The notes below the pieces were generated by a model. The model had not been told where the DNA came from. It was given only the letters and a program-made list of their open reading frames with translations, and did not search any database. Of a stretch of DNA of 64,000 nt, positions 20,712 to 30,952 are shown piece by piece (position 1 is the first letter of the stretch; the number at the start of each line of letters is the position of its first letter). This DNA is from Myxococcales bacterium (GTDB lineage: Bacteria > Myxococcota_A > Polyangia > Polyangiales > GCA-016699535): assembly GCA_016699535.1 (NCBI GenBank), contig CP064980.1, positions 593,728 through 657,727 on the forward strand, written 5' to 3'. A program made the position numbers and the translations under genes.

Positions 20712-20816
20712 ACCTTCCGCTATCCTTCCAAAACAAGTAGACTTGCCAGAAGATGATTGTTCATTGCTTCATTGGCATTTTCTGCCTCGGACTTCTACCA
20801 TAAAAATATACACACC

Positions 20817-21482
20817 GTGTCTACATCGCAAAAAGCTGTCCATATTGCACCATCCATTCTTGCTGCTGACTTCTCGCGTTTAGGCGAGGAAGTGCAAGCT
20901 GTACAGGCCGCAGGGGCCGACCGCATTCATATCGACGTGATGGACGGCCGCTTTGTCCCTAACTTGACCATTGGTCCTGCCGTAGTGCGTGCTTTACGGG
21001 AAAAAACCACGCTTCCCTTAGATGTACACCTGATGATTGTGGAGCCCGAAAAGCTAATTGCTGCCTTTGCTGATGCTGGAGCTGATTGTATTACGGTGCA
21101 TATCGAGGCCTGTAACCATGCACATCGCATCCTGCAATCCATCCATTCACTGAACACAAAAGCAGGAATTGCATTGAATCCTCATACCCCAATTTCAGGT
21201 CTACAGTACCTACTTCCCGAACTCGATCTCGTCCTTGCCATGAGTGTTAATCCCGGGTTTGGTGGTCAGAGCTACATTCCCCAAATGACCAAAAAAATCA
21301 GGGATATCCGAGAGATGCTTGATGTCAGCGGCTTTTGCATCGATCTTGAGGTCGATGGCGGTATAAAAGAGAGTAACGCTCAGGAAGTGCTTTCAGCCGG
21401 CGCAAATGTTCTCGTGGCAGGAAGCGCTATATTCGGTAAGACTAACTACCCTGAAGCGATTCAAGCCATCCGAGGAGCGTAG
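20817..21482 (+). CDS. rpe: ribulose-phosphate 3-epimerase
   Basis: IAPSILAADFSRLGEEV..., HIDVMDGRFVPN, VNPGFGGQ motifs. Start placed at the GTG at 20817 to give the typical ~221 aa (the longest ORF begins at TTG 20757). Confidence 0.9.
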   Translation: MSTSQKAVHIAPSILAADFSRLGEEVQAVQAAGADRIHIDVMDGRFVPNLTIGPAVVRALREKTTLPLDVHLMIVEPEKLIAAFADAGADCITVHIEACNHAHRILQSIHSLNTKAGIALNPHTPISGLQYLLPELDLVLAMSVNPGFGGQSYIPQMTKKIRDIREMLDVSGFCIDLEVDGGIKESNAQEVLSAGANVLVAGSAIFGKTNYPEAIQAIRGA

Positions 21483-21484
21483 TA

Positions 21485-22870
21485 TTGTATAAAGAGAGCA
21501 CTGGCGAAACAAAGGTTAGCTCAGAAAAGCATCCGCACGACGACCCAAAAGCTCGCTCCCTGCCTAAAAGCATTCTTCGCTCGATCTCTACCTCCGGGAC
21601 TGAAAAAGAGTTCTCAATTGATAAACCCAAGATGACTGTTGGGCGAAGCACTGTCTGTGACATCACCATTGATGATCCAACTTTGAGCTCGATTCATTTT
21701 GAACTAGAAACTCAAGAAAATCATGTTGTCTTACGTGACAAAAACTCGACCAACGGAACTTATGTTGGCGAACTTTGTGTACGCGAAGTGACTCTTTATC
21801 CTGGCGTAACTATCCAAGCTGGCGATAGCAGTTTTGTATTTGAGCCCACGAGTGAAGTCGTAAAGATTGGTCTTTCATCTGAGCACCATTTTGGAGAACT
21901 GGTAGGAAAAAGCGGCGTTATGCGCGAAATATTCGCGTATTTGAGTAAAGCGGCCTCAACGGATATTTCGATTCTTATTGAGGGAGAAACCGGGACCGGC
22001 AAAGAACTTGCTGCGCGTGGTGTTCACGACAAATCATCGCGTAAAGATGGACCCTTTGTGGTTCAGGATTGTAGCGCCATTGCCTCGAACCTAATCGAAA
22101 GCACACTATTCGGTCACACCAAAGGAGCTTTCACGGGTGCTATCCACGATCAAATGGGTTGTTTTGAGCTTGCCAATGGGGGGACCTTATTTTTAGATGA
22201 AATAGGCGAGCTGGATCTTAGTCTTCAACCCAAACTGCTTCGTGCTCTCGAGCGCGGTGAATTTCGTCGTGTGGGCGGCAGCGTGACTGTTTCCGTTGAT
22301 CTCCGAGTCATTGCAGCGACCAATCGTGATCTACGTGCCTTGGTTGCAAACGGCCAGTTCCGAGAAGATCTCTATTTCCGTCTTGCTGGGGTGACAGTGA
22401 CTATGCCGCCATTACGCACCCGCAAAAGTGATCTTCCCATGCTTGTTCAAAAACTTCTGCGCGATATTCAATCTCAACAACGAACCCAAAAGAAAAAGAT
22501 TGAAATTAACGAAGATGCTCTCGTTCGCCGTCGCCAATACGATTGGCCAGGCAATGTTCGTGAATTAAAAAACACCTTAGCGAGAGGCATTTCAATGGCC
22601 AAAGGCGTTGTTTTAGAAGGCAACGACGTGACGCCTATTTTAAAACAAAGCATTCGCCCCTCTCCGATGGCTTTGGATATCGAGACCCTTTGCCAAGGTG
22701 AGCTCTCCTTTAAAATAGCTAAAAATCAACTCGTTGAAGCGTTTGAAGAGAGCTATGTGCAACATATGCTGGAGCTCCATGATGGAAACATCACAAAAGC
22801 TGCGAAAGCTTCTGGTCTAACGCGATATCATTTTCGAGAACTCGCCAAACGTTATTCTCTCAAAAAGTGA
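21485..22870 (+). CDS. FHA-domain sigma-54-dependent transcriptional activator
   Basis: FHA domain ([26 protein letters not shown]...[12 protein letters not shown]). AAA+ Walker [15 protein letters not shown] motif. C-terminal HTH ([21 protein letters not shown]). TTG start is uncertain. Confidence 0.9.
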   Translation: MYKESTGETKVSSEKHPHDDPKARSLPKSILRSISTSGTEKEFSIDKPKMTVGRSTVCDITIDDPTLSSIHFELETQENHVVLRDKNSTNGTYVGELCVREVTLYPGVTIQAGDSSFVFEPTSEVVKIGLSSEHHFGELVGKSGVMREIFAYLSKAASTDISILIEGETGTGKELAARGVHDKSSRKDGPFVVQDCSAIASNLIESTLFGHTKGAFTGAIHDQMGCFELANGGTLFLDEIGELDLSLQPKLLRALERGEFRRVGGSVTVSVDLRVIAATNRDLRALVANGQFREDLYFRLAGVTVTMPPLRTRKSDLPMLVQKLLRDIQSQQRTQKKKIEINEDALVRRRQYDWPGNVRELKNTLARGISMAKGVVLEGNDVTPILKQSIRPSPMALDIETLCQGELSFKIAKNQLVEAFEESYVQHMLELHDGNITKAAKASGLTRYHFRELAKRYSLKK

Positions 22871-22949
22871 CCATAAACATCTTTGCTTCTGGATCTTTTG
22901 AAGCGCTATGGCAAAGTACTTTAATCGCTTCAAATACAACGACAACGCT

Positions 22950-23783
22950 ATGACTTTCGCTCAACATCATTTTTACAAATACCACGGTCTTGGAAACGAT
23001 TTTATTCTTTTCGAGGGGTCTGAGCACTTTAGTCCCGAAGAAGTCATCGCGTTGTGTGACCGCCACCGTGGAATCGGTGCAGATGGCGTTTTGTTTATCA
23101 CGCAGCGAAATTCACTTCCCTACATGCGGGTCATCAACTCCGATGGCTCCATTCCTGAAATGTGTGGAAACGGCATTCGCTGCGCGGCCTTTCACATTCG
23201 TCGCACTGAAACCATAGCCGATGCTGTTTTTCAAATCGATACCGATGCAGGCATTCACGAAGTTAAGGTAAAGATACAAAGTCCAACAGAAGCAGAAGTG
23301 CAAGTACAGATGCAGACGCCATCGTTTGAAGCCTCCGCTATCCTCTTGAGTCAGCCGAACAAATTAATCGATCAAGAGTTTTGCATCGAGCAAACTCCTC
23401 TGAAACTCACTGCTGTTTCGATGGGTAATCCTCACGCCGTTTGTTTTGATGATATTTCAAAAGAGCAGCGCATAAAGCTAGCCCCTCAAATTCAAAACCA
23501 CGAACTATTTCCCAAAGGCGCAAACGTCGGCTTCGCCCAAGTGCTTGCGGCTCAGCATCTACGTTTGCATGTCTATGAGCGTGGAGCTGGCTGGACACAA
23601 GCCTGCGGGACAGGCGCGTGTGCGGCCGCGGCTGCGGCTGTCCAAACCAAACGCGCAGATGGAAACACTTCTATCCAAGTCGATCTACCTGGAGGATCAC
23701 TCCATATTCAAACTGGCAAAGAAAACAGCCCGACCCTCATGCGGGGCCCGGCTGTCCTCGTGTTTGAAGGCTCAAGCTTGTAG
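22950..23783 (+). CDS. dapF: diaminopimelate epimerase
   Basis: FYKYHGLGNDFILF, NSDGSIPEMCGNGIRC, RGAGWTQACGTGACA: both catalytic Cys contexts are present. Start trimmed to the ATG at 22950. Confidence 0.9.
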   Translation: MTFAQHHFYKYHGLGNDFILFEGSEHFSPEEVIALCDRHRGIGADGVLFITQRNSLPYMRVINSDGSIPEMCGNGIRCAAFHIRRTETIADAVFQIDTDAGIHEVKVKIQSPTEAEVQVQMQTPSFEASAILLSQPNKLIDQEFCIEQTPLKLTAVSMGNPHAVCFDDISKEQRIKLAPQIQNHELFPKGANVGFAQVLAAQHLRLHVYERGAGWTQACGTGACAAAAAAVQTKRADGNTSIQVDLPGGSLHIQTGKENSPTLMRGPAVLVFEGSSL

Positions 23784-23851
23784 TCCTTCCTTTGATACTG
23801 GCAAGCGCAAAAAGAATGTTACGGCTTCGCTGCTACAGCACAACGAAGCAA

Positions 23852-25561
23852 CTATTCACAAAACTTGTCTTTCCAATCACAAAATATCGTGGCTAAATAA
23901 TTAGGAGTGGTCGCTACCGAAGCCGTATAGTGTCTCAAAAAATATTGGTTTGTTTCATAGTGCTTGGCGCCGTTGATCCCGAGATTGGCATCCCCGTAGG
24001 TTATTCGCGTCATCCATTCATCAAATAGGGTGATAGCCTCTCCTCCCAGACTAATCTCGTCTGCAAAGTCTCTAAGAATTAGCCCAAGGTCTTCTAAAGC
24101 GGGCGACAGTACACTACAGAAAGCTTGGCCAAGCATGCATTTCGTTTCATTGTCTCGATTCTCTAGAGCAAAATCAAAAAGAATGGCACCGATCACATTC
24201 AACAACGCAAGGGCCGCATAGTACTCTTCGCTTACAGTATCGCATTCTTCACCAGACCCGTCTTCTACACATTCACGCAATCGTTGTTGAATGCCTGCGA
24301 TTGCTTCGTGAAGCTTTCTTATAATTTCTTCAAGAATTTTGGCCAACTCTTCCGGATTGGCCAAACCGCCTTCAAGTTGCCCTCTCAGCCATTGTTCAAG
24401 GTCCTCGGGTGTGTGCACATTGGGCAAGCCGAGGTCGATGTTTACGACCCGTGAAGAAGACAGAATGGCTAAACCATCGCCCAAACTTTGATAAAATGAC
24501 GTAGTCAGCGCTTCCAGTTCAGAAAGGGATGTACCGCTTTGCTGCAATGCTTGCGATTCCGTATATGCCCAGCTAAGAAAGTCCTCACTATCTTCAAATG
24601 CTAAAGTTGAGCCTTGATACAGATAAGTCTGGGCAGCAGCCGCAGTCTCAATCGTTTTCTGATCAGATGAAAACACCCTTGCGAAGTTAAAACTGAAGGA
24701 TGGAGCACTGATCAAAGTTGATGAAAGAATCCCTCTTGAAACAAGATAGTTTTGGGCAGCTAACACCATACCAATCGCGACGAGCGCAACGAGAAGCAAG
24801 ACTCCTATTGTTTCAAGTACACCAACGCCTTGGGCATGAGCCTTGCTGACGGAAAAAAGTTCAGAGAAAATGTGGGACAAAACAACGGGATTGTTAGCGT
24901 CTGCATGAATGGCAAGTCCCGTAGAGTTTTCGGGGAAAATATGCTCAGAGAGGGCAGTCCTCAACAAGGAAGCTATGCCAGAGGCTCCCGTCTCTCGGCC
25001 TATGAAAGCAATGATACCTTGCGATGCATTCTCTATGACGGGCTCTATCACAGAAGAAGGGTCACTAAGGATCGGCACAAGCATTTCGTCTTGCAACGCT
25101 TCATCGCATGCATCATCAAGAGTTAAACTCGCTACGGACTGGACATGCTCGGCAACGCATGCTTCGATAGAAGGAAAGGGTGTTGTAAATAACAATGCCA
25201 CATTTCTTGCAAGGCGTTCGATAGGCTGATGCTCAGAGGCCATTGAATCGTCGGTGTTAAACAGTTGCTCAGACGCTTGTCGAATCAACGCTTTGGATGC
25301 AATTCCCTGAGGATTGCGGAGTTTCATCCCCGAGTACATCATCTCTAAAATCAAGGCATCTTTAAAAGATTCAGAGTCTACGCCACGAAGGGCAGCCAAG
25401 AAATCGGATACAGCAGCACCATCGGAGGCCCCAAGCTCTTCACCGCTTGGATTCGCCGAGCAAGCCATGAATCCAGGGCCCACAAAAGCAAGAAGGCACA
25501 AAAGCAATGTGGCAACTGATCGTCGCACAAAGGAAATCTGTGGCGTGTAATGTAAGTCCAT
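23852..25561 (-). CDS. hypothetical lipoprotein with an internal TM helix
   Basis: Lipobox GFMAC. Internal hydrophobic helix GVLLLVALVAIGMVLAA. No recognisable family motifs. Start trimmed to MDLHYTPQ. Confidence 0.5.
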   Translation of the reverse strand: MDLHYTPQISFVRRSVATLLLCLLAFVGPGFMACSANPSGEELGASDGAAVSDFLAALRGVDSESFKDALILEMMYSGMKLRNPQGIASKALIRQASEQLFNTDDSMASEHQPIERLARNVALLFTTPFPSIEACVAEHVQSVASLTLDDACDEALQDEMLVPILSDPSSVIEPVIENASQGIIAFIGRETGASGIASLLRTALSEHIFPENSTGLAIHADANNPVVLSHIFSELFSVSKAHAQGVGVLETIGVLLLVALVAIGMVLAAQNYLVSRGILSSTLISAPSFSFNFARVFSSDQKTIETAAAAQTYLYQGSTLAFEDSEDFLSWAYTESQALQQSGTSLSELEALTTSFYQSLGDGLAILSSSRVVNIDLGLPNVHTPEDLEQWLRGQLEGGLANPEELAKILEEIIRKLHEAIAGIQQRLRECVEDGSGEECDTVSEEYYAALALLNVIGAILFDFALENRDNETKCMLGQAFCSVLSPALEDLGLILRDFADEISLGGEAITLFDEWMTRITYGDANLGINGAKHYETNQYFLRHYTASVATTPNYLATIFCDWKDKFCE

Positions 25562-25731
25562 GGTTAGCCTCGTACAAATACGAAGCAAGGATTGTGCCAT
25601 AAAAACTTTTCACTAAGTTATTGTTTTCTAACGATATTAAGTCGCATCTTCGTTGCCTATTCATGTAGCGGTGTGTTATGACCCTAGCACTTGGGTACCC
25701 ATGTCAACAGGATGCGACAAGCGCTCGTAGC

Positions 25732-27312
25732 TTATGCGTGTTGTAGGTACAGACGGAGGGTGCGGACGGCTTCTTGCTTGTTGAAAGGCGAATCTTTGAG
25801 ATCGGCACGTTTGCATATGCTATCAAACAGACCTTCTAAATAGTCCCTGAATGCTTTGCATTCATCGACCGTTCGAGCAAGCCTGTGCTTATCAAGAAGA
25901 TCACTTCGACTCAGCTCTTTTAAGCTGTCGAGAAAAGGATCCAAACCTTGATAGTCGTTCATGCGCATAAGCTGATAGCCGATGGAACGGAAATACTGCA
26001 TGAACTCTTGCACAAAACCAAAGTGGCCAAAGCCTTCCCAAGCGTGCTCGCTCATCTGGACTTCCTCTGCTTTTGTAACAAAGGCACGTATGATTTGAAT
26101 TAGCATCCAAACATCACGACGAAGACGTATACTGCCAATTCGTCGCAGTTCATCATCTTGGCTTAAATCAAGTGGCTCAAGCTCTGGTTGCAAATGGGAG
26201 CATACGGTACGAACAGCATGGTACATGAGCGAGCGAAGTTGCGCAGAGACCAGCATAAGCTTTGTGCTACGCTCTTGAAGATCCATCTCTTTCTGTAAAG
26301 AGGGTATCTCGTATTCAAAGATGCGCCCGATCTCGAGATCTAACATTCCAGAAAGGGCACCAAGCGCATCTCGCAATACCAAAAGAGTGCTTCCAATACG
26401 GGAGAGATCGTCATAAAATTCTTTTAGTTCCAGAGCCGGTAAACTAAGAAGTTCCCTTTCAAAACCCTCCGCCACTGCCAGCGCTGAACTGTTGCCCAAG
26501 AAGGTCGACAGCGCCCTTAAATCACTGCGAAGCACAGCAAGCACAACATAGCTTCGCTCGATTGCATCTGGATTGGAGGCATACAGCTCCAAATAACCAA
26601 TGTAGCGAAGCGAGCGAAAGAGTGTGAGGAAAGTCAAAGCCACTACTTTATGAGCGGTCTCGGATTCCATTTCCTGTAAAAGATCCAAGATTCTTGGGTG
26701 TCGAATGCGATCAAACTCAGCTCGGAATTCCAAAGCAATCAGAGGATTGAAATAGATATTCCGGCCGATTTCACGAGTGATGGTCTGATGCACAGCATGA
26801 AACGCTTTGTGCGAAACCCTACCGGCGCGCAGCATGCCGTCCGTCATTTCTAGATAGCCTGAAAAAGCATGACGCAACAAAAACAGCGCTTCTTCTGGCG
26901 TATGTTGTTCAAGTTGCTCGTGAAGCAACTTGTTACGCGCGCCGTCATCGGGGATGACACTTTCCAGATAACGAAAAAAACTGAACGCTTTATCACGCTC
27001 ACCTAAGAGTGTTCGAACGCTACCTACACATTGTCGCAGAACGTCGTGTACGATTGAAAGCTCATCATGATAGTCCTGGCTGACCGGAGCATATTGGGGC
27101 TCCGCGCCAGGATGGTTTCGACGATTGGCAAAACACACCATGCCCTTGAGCATCATTTCGAGTTCAAACAGAGCTTGCTCTTTTTGATCTAACTCAAGTT
27201 CAGCAAACCAAGTCTCACGAGCAATCGCATAATCGCGACGCAAACCGCGGGTATCGCGCAATAGATTTGCATAAACATCCCGCGTATGCGGAAATGCTTG
27301 ACCCTTGCTCAT
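25732..27312 (-). CDS. hypothetical all-helical cytoplasmic protein (526 aa)
   Basis: Long uninterrupted ORF beginning 18 nt after the ruvB stop. No signal peptide, no motif I recognise. Confidence 0.55.
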   Translation of the reverse strand: MSKGQAFPHTRDVYANLLRDTRGLRRDYAIARETWFAELELDQKEQALFELEMMLKGMVCFANRRNHPGAEPQYAPVSQDYHDELSIVHDVLRQCVGSVRTLLGERDKAFSFFRYLESVIPDDGARNKLLHEQLEQHTPEEALFLLRHAFSGYLEMTDGMLRAGRVSHKAFHAVHQTITREIGRNIYFNPLIALEFRAEFDRIRHPRILDLLQEMESETAHKVVALTFLTLFRSLRYIGYLELYASNPDAIERSYVVLAVLRSDLRALSTFLGNSSALAVAEGFERELLSLPALELKEFYDDLSRIGSTLLVLRDALGALSGMLDLEIGRIFEYEIPSLQKEMDLQERSTKLMLVSAQLRSLMYHAVRTVCSHLQPELEPLDLSQDDELRRIGSIRLRRDVWMLIQIIRAFVTKAEEVQMSEHAWEGFGHFGFVQEFMQYFRSIGYQLMRMNDYQGLDPFLDSLKELSRSDLLDKHRLARTVDECKAFRDYLEGLFDSICKRADLKDSPFNKQEAVRTLRLYLQHA

Positions 27313-27330
27313 AGACTAAGTGTAAGCGAA

Positions 27331-28365
27331 TTAGAACAATCCTTCCTGTTGTCGAACAGGAATGGGTAAGCCAAGGTGTGTGTAGGCATGCTCCGTCACT
27401 ACACGACCACGTGCCGTGCGTGCTAAAAAGCCTTGTTGAATTAAGTAGGGCTCGTAAACATCTTCCAGAGTGTCACGTGGCTCACTCAGTGCAGCAGCCA
27501 ATGTTTCGATACCCACTGGGCCACCTTTGTAGTGTTCGATAATCACCTGCAAAAAGCGACGATCCATGCTTTCAAGGCCTGCATTATCAACATCTAAACG
27601 GCTAAGCGCATCTTTGGCCGTAGAAAGACTAATGCTTCCATCGCCGAGTACTTCTGCAAAGTCGCGCGCTCTGCGCAGTAAACGATTGGCTACTCGAGGC
27701 GTTCCTCGAGAACGTCTTGCTATTTCACCAGCTGCATTCTTTTCAATATGAACATCGAGCAGACGCGCACTGCGCGCAACAATGGTGCTAAGTGCATCCG
27801 CGGAATAGTATTCCATGCGCGCGACGTAGCCGAAACGCGAGAGCAAGGGACTGGTTAAAAGCCCGGTACGTGTTGTTGCGCCCACAAGGGTAAAGGGCGC
27901 AAGTCGCAGCTGAAGCGTGGTAGCGTAAGCACCATCACCTTGAACGACATCAATGCGAAAATCTTCCATGGCCGTATAAAGATTCTCTTCAATGACAGGT
28001 GAGAGCCGATGAATCTCGTCAATGAAAAGAACATCGCGTGTCTCGAGCTTGGTGAGCAAGGTGGCAAGCTGACCTTTATGCTCAATGGCTGGGCCCGAAG
28101 CGCTTACCATGTTGACTCCAAGCTCCGAGGATAAAATATGACTGAGCGTCGTTTTACCCAGGCCAGGAGGCCCGCAAAAAAGAATATGATCTAAAGGCTC
28201 AGCGCGTTTCTTCGCGGCTTGAACAAAAATCTTTAGGTTGTCACACAGCTTTTCTTGTCCGGTAAAATCAGCAAAGTGATCGGGCCGAAGCGTTAGATCA
28301 TAGTCGTGATCTTCAAGCTGTGCTTCGGCGCTTATCGCGCGTATGGGTGTTTCAACTACAGTCAT
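27331..28365 (-). CDS. ruvB: Holliday junction branch migration helicase RuvB
   Basis: Walker [10 protein letters not shown]. Walker B FIDEIHRL. Typical RuvB C-terminal winged helix. 344 aa. Confidence 0.95.
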   Translation of the reverse strand: MTVVETPIRAISAEAQLEDHDYDLTLRPDHFADFTGQEKLCDNLKIFVQAAKKRAEPLDHILFCGPPGLGKTTLSHILSSELGVNMVSASGPAIEHKGQLATLLTKLETRDVLFIDEIHRLSPVIEENLYTAMEDFRIDVVQGDGAYATTLQLRLAPFTLVGATTRTGLLTSPLLSRFGYVARMEYYSADALSTIVARSARLLDVHIEKNAAGEIARRSRGTPRVANRLLRRARDFAEVLGDGSISLSTAKDALSRLDVDNAGLESMDRRFLQVIIEHYKGGPVGIETLAAALSEPRDTLEDVYEPYLIQQGFLARTARGRVVTEHAYTHLGLPIPVRQQEGLF

Positions 28366-28381
28366 GTTTCAACCAAATAAT

Positions 28382-28993
28382 CTATGCAAGGGTTGCTAAG
28401 GCCTCACGCAAAAGGGTTTCCATGGCTTTGCCGTCAGCCGAAGGTGCAATCGCGCTTACAGCTTGCACAGCCTGCGTTCGCTTATAGCCCATATGCATTA
28501 AAGCTTCAGCAAGTTGTCTTAGCGGGTCATCCTGTTTGCCATTTATGGTGTTGGATTGCGCTACAGATCCAGCACTAGGATTGAGCAAATGGATCAATTT
28601 GTCACGAAGTTCGAGCAACAAACGATCTACTGTTTTTTTCCCAACACCAGGAATGCCTTTGAAGGGCGCAGGGTCGGTGCGATGCACTGCTGCAGCCAGA
28701 TCGGAGGATTGCATCTTTCCTAAAATGGCCATGGCCACTCGAGGACCCACGCCACTCACCGAGAGCAAAATCCGAAACGCCTCGCGATTCTCAGAGCTAT
28801 CAAAACCGTAAAGTGTCAGCGCATCTTCACGAACATGTGTATGAATATAGAGGGTGGTTTTTTTGTTTTGATCAGGCAATCTGCCAAGTGCTCCAAGCGG
28901 AACAAAGACTTCATAGCCCACACCGTTGACATCGATCAGGCAACAACCATCATCGGCTCTCTCTTCGATGACACCGTTTAAACGTCCAATCAC
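28382..28993 (-). CDS. ruvA: Holliday junction DNA-binding protein RuvA
   Basis: MIGRLNGVIEE... start. Two HhH motifs (VSGVGPRVAMAIL, IPGVGKKTVDRLL). 203 aa. Immediately upstream of ruvB. Confidence 0.95.
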   Translation of the reverse strand: MIGRLNGVIEERADDGCCLIDVNGVGYEVFVPLGALGRLPDQNKKTTLYIHTHVREDALTLYGFDSSENREAFRILLSVSGVGPRVAMAILGKMQSSDLAAAVHRTDPAPFKGIPGVGKKTVDRLLLELRDKLIHLLNPSAGSVAQSNTINGKQDDPLRQLAEALMHMGYKRTQAVQAVSAIAPSADGKAMETLLREALATLA

Positions 28994-29073
28994 TCGCCGA
29001 CTCTAACACATGAACATTTGTAGGGGTACAAAGTAAAATAACTTTATAAAGTCATATAGTTAATAACGAAATT

Positions 29074-30927
29074 TCAATTGGGAAGGAACGGCCTAATATC
29101 GAGATCTTTGCCTGGAGATTGTTTTTGTAGCGCTTTTTTCAAGTCGTTGAGTTGCTGCGCTAAGGGTTCAAGCTCTAGACCGGCATCCACGGAAGCTTCC
29201 GCCAATTCGGGTTCAACTGCTGCTGCGTAAAACAGAGCGTCCATGTAGTGGAACCACAACAGTTGCCTGCGCGTTTCTGTTTCCTGTTTGCCCGAAGCAA
29301 TTTCCGCATCGAGTTGCCTAAAATAGTCTTGTTGACTGCGGGCTGCTATTTCGACATCCGTACTCGTGCTTCCGCCCGGCACAACGCGATAAAGCAATCC
29401 CCAGGGAGCGAGCTGCGGAACTAAGTCAGGTAGAACTCTGGGATCGAGTTCGACAAACACCGGATACTCTGCTGCTAAGCTTTCTAATAGTGACGGTGCG
29501 TAACGTTGCGCGGCAGCGTAGGTGTCTAAAAGCTCGGAAAGATAGGGTGCTTGAGCCGCAAGATCGTCGCTGAGTTGTGGATAGCTTAAAAAGGGACTCG
29601 GCAAAATCGTCACGTCCGGTCGAGTGTTCTGTTCGGCCTCAGCGCCCCAATACTGAAAAATAGTTTGAGGGGCATGCGCAACCACAACGGCACTGGGAGG
29701 CAGGTCACGGTAGCGCCCTTGCAGCAAAGTGTCGGTTGCAGCAAAGTCTTTTAAACTCGCATGCGCGACTTTCGTCCAACTTCCGTATGCGGTAAGCATA
29801 AGCAACAAGGCCCAAGCCACGGCATATTTTGTTCCACTCAAGTTGTAGCTGCGCTCTTGAGCTAAACGAAATAGCGTCGCCACAAAACAAAGGGCGAGCA
29901 CAACGAGCGCAATATGCGCCAGCGCAAGATATCCCAAAGCATCGGGGTTCGAACGGACAAAACCAAGCCAAGCTCTTGCCATCACACACGTGCCTAAAAG
30001 CATGGCCCAAAGATAGGCGTAGCGACGCGCAGCCGGCACCCGGCACAGGACGTAAAGGCCCAGAAGCGCGAGAATTACCACTGCACCATTCAAGCTTTGC
30101 ACCAACACCACAACGACATCGAAGAAGCGTTCCAGCAGTGGCTGAGGCACTCCGTCGCCGGTGTTTTTTTGAAAGGCTTTGGCCGTAATGACCCACCAAA
30201 AATTGGCTAGATTTGTCGGATTGCCCAATCGGGGCTCGCTCCCTGCCAGCGCGCGGAGCGGCAAATAGACGTAGATTGCAAGGCCCAGCAGGCCCGCTGC
30301 AATGCCGCGTCGAAGTAGCTTCGGCCCGAGCTGGATCCACGCCGAGTACAGGGTTGGAACAAGCGCAGGCAGCATGACCAACGCCAAGAAGTGATGGTTG
30401 CACAGCGCCAAACCCATCGCAAAAGCAAGCGATAATAGGGCCTTTGCATGCTTGCCCCCGTGAAATTCAATCGCTGTTGCGCGCTCTAAGATAAAACAGC
30501 TCAGAAAAGCTTGAAGCGCATAGACCTCAGGACGAAGTCCCTGAAAGGCCCAGCCAAAGGACATGACCGTCCACCAACTGGCGATCACACACAGCACCGT
30601 GCGTGGCAGTTGCGCGCGAAAGCCAAGCCACACAAGTTGCCGCTCAAATAGCAGGTATAAAAAGCAAGCACTTGCAGCAGCGAAAAAAGCCGACGCCCAC
30701 GCGATACGCAGGGCAATCGGACCGAAGGGCAAGAAACGAAAGAGGTTGCCGCACAAGGCAGCCAGTGGATGCCCCGGAGGATGGGCGATCCCGAGTTTCC
30801 AACTTACCGCGACGAACTCGGCGCCATCGAGCCAGTAGCCATAAGCCGAGGCGTGCCAGAGAAATGCCACAAAGGGCAGCAGCCCAGAAAAGAGCATCGC
30901 TAGGAAGCGAAAGCTATGGCTTTTCAT
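29074..30927 (-). CDS. DUF2723 (TMEM260/PMT-like) polytopic membrane glycosyltransferase-like protein
   Basis: N-terminal motif WLDGAEFVAVSWKLGIAHPPGHPL typical of DUF2723. About 10 TM helices, then a soluble helical C-terminus. Start trimmed to the ATG at 30927. Confidence 0.7.
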   Translation of the reverse strand: MKSHSFRFLAMLFSGLLPFVAFLWHASAYGYWLDGAEFVAVSWKLGIAHPPGHPLAALCGNLFRFLPFGPIALRIAWASAFFAAASACFLYLLFERQLVWLGFRAQLPRTVLCVIASWWTVMSFGWAFQGLRPEVYALQAFLSCFILERATAIEFHGGKHAKALLSLAFAMGLALCNHHFLALVMLPALVPTLYSAWIQLGPKLLRRGIAAGLLGLAIYVYLPLRALAGSEPRLGNPTNLANFWWVITAKAFQKNTGDGVPQPLLERFFDVVVVLVQSLNGAVVILALLGLYVLCRVPAARRYAYLWAMLLGTCVMARAWLGFVRSNPDALGYLALAHIALVVLALCFVATLFRLAQERSYNLSGTKYAVAWALLLMLTAYGSWTKVAHASLKDFAATDTLLQGRYRDLPPSAVVVAHAPQTIFQYWGAEAEQNTRPDVTILPSPFLSYPQLSDDLAAQAPYLSELLDTYAAAQRYAPSLLESLAAEYPVFVELDPRVLPDLVPQLAPWGLLYRVVPGGSTSTDVEIAARSQQDYFRQLDAEIASGKQETETRRQLLWFHYMDALFYAAAVEPELAEASVDAGLELEPLAQQLNDLKKALQKQSPGKDLDIRPFLPN

Positions 30928-30952
30928 CTCAGGAATAGTACACTCCGCGCCC

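Noticed and set aside
23824-23849. Weak hairpin GCTTCG...CGAAGC between the convergent dapF and lipoprotein genes, and a similar weak stem near 41600-41635, as terminators
   Set aside because: Stems of only 5-6 bp with a large or irregular loop and no adjacent U-tract. Too weak to annotate.
29705-30403. 232-aa antisense-frame ORF inside the DUF2723 gene, and similar shadow ORFs at 8672-9049, 13299-13802, 45966-46427 and 51863-52339
   Set aside because: They overlap well-supported genes in other frames, have Arg/Ser/Cys-rich junk composition, and lack motifs. They are typical shadow ORFs.
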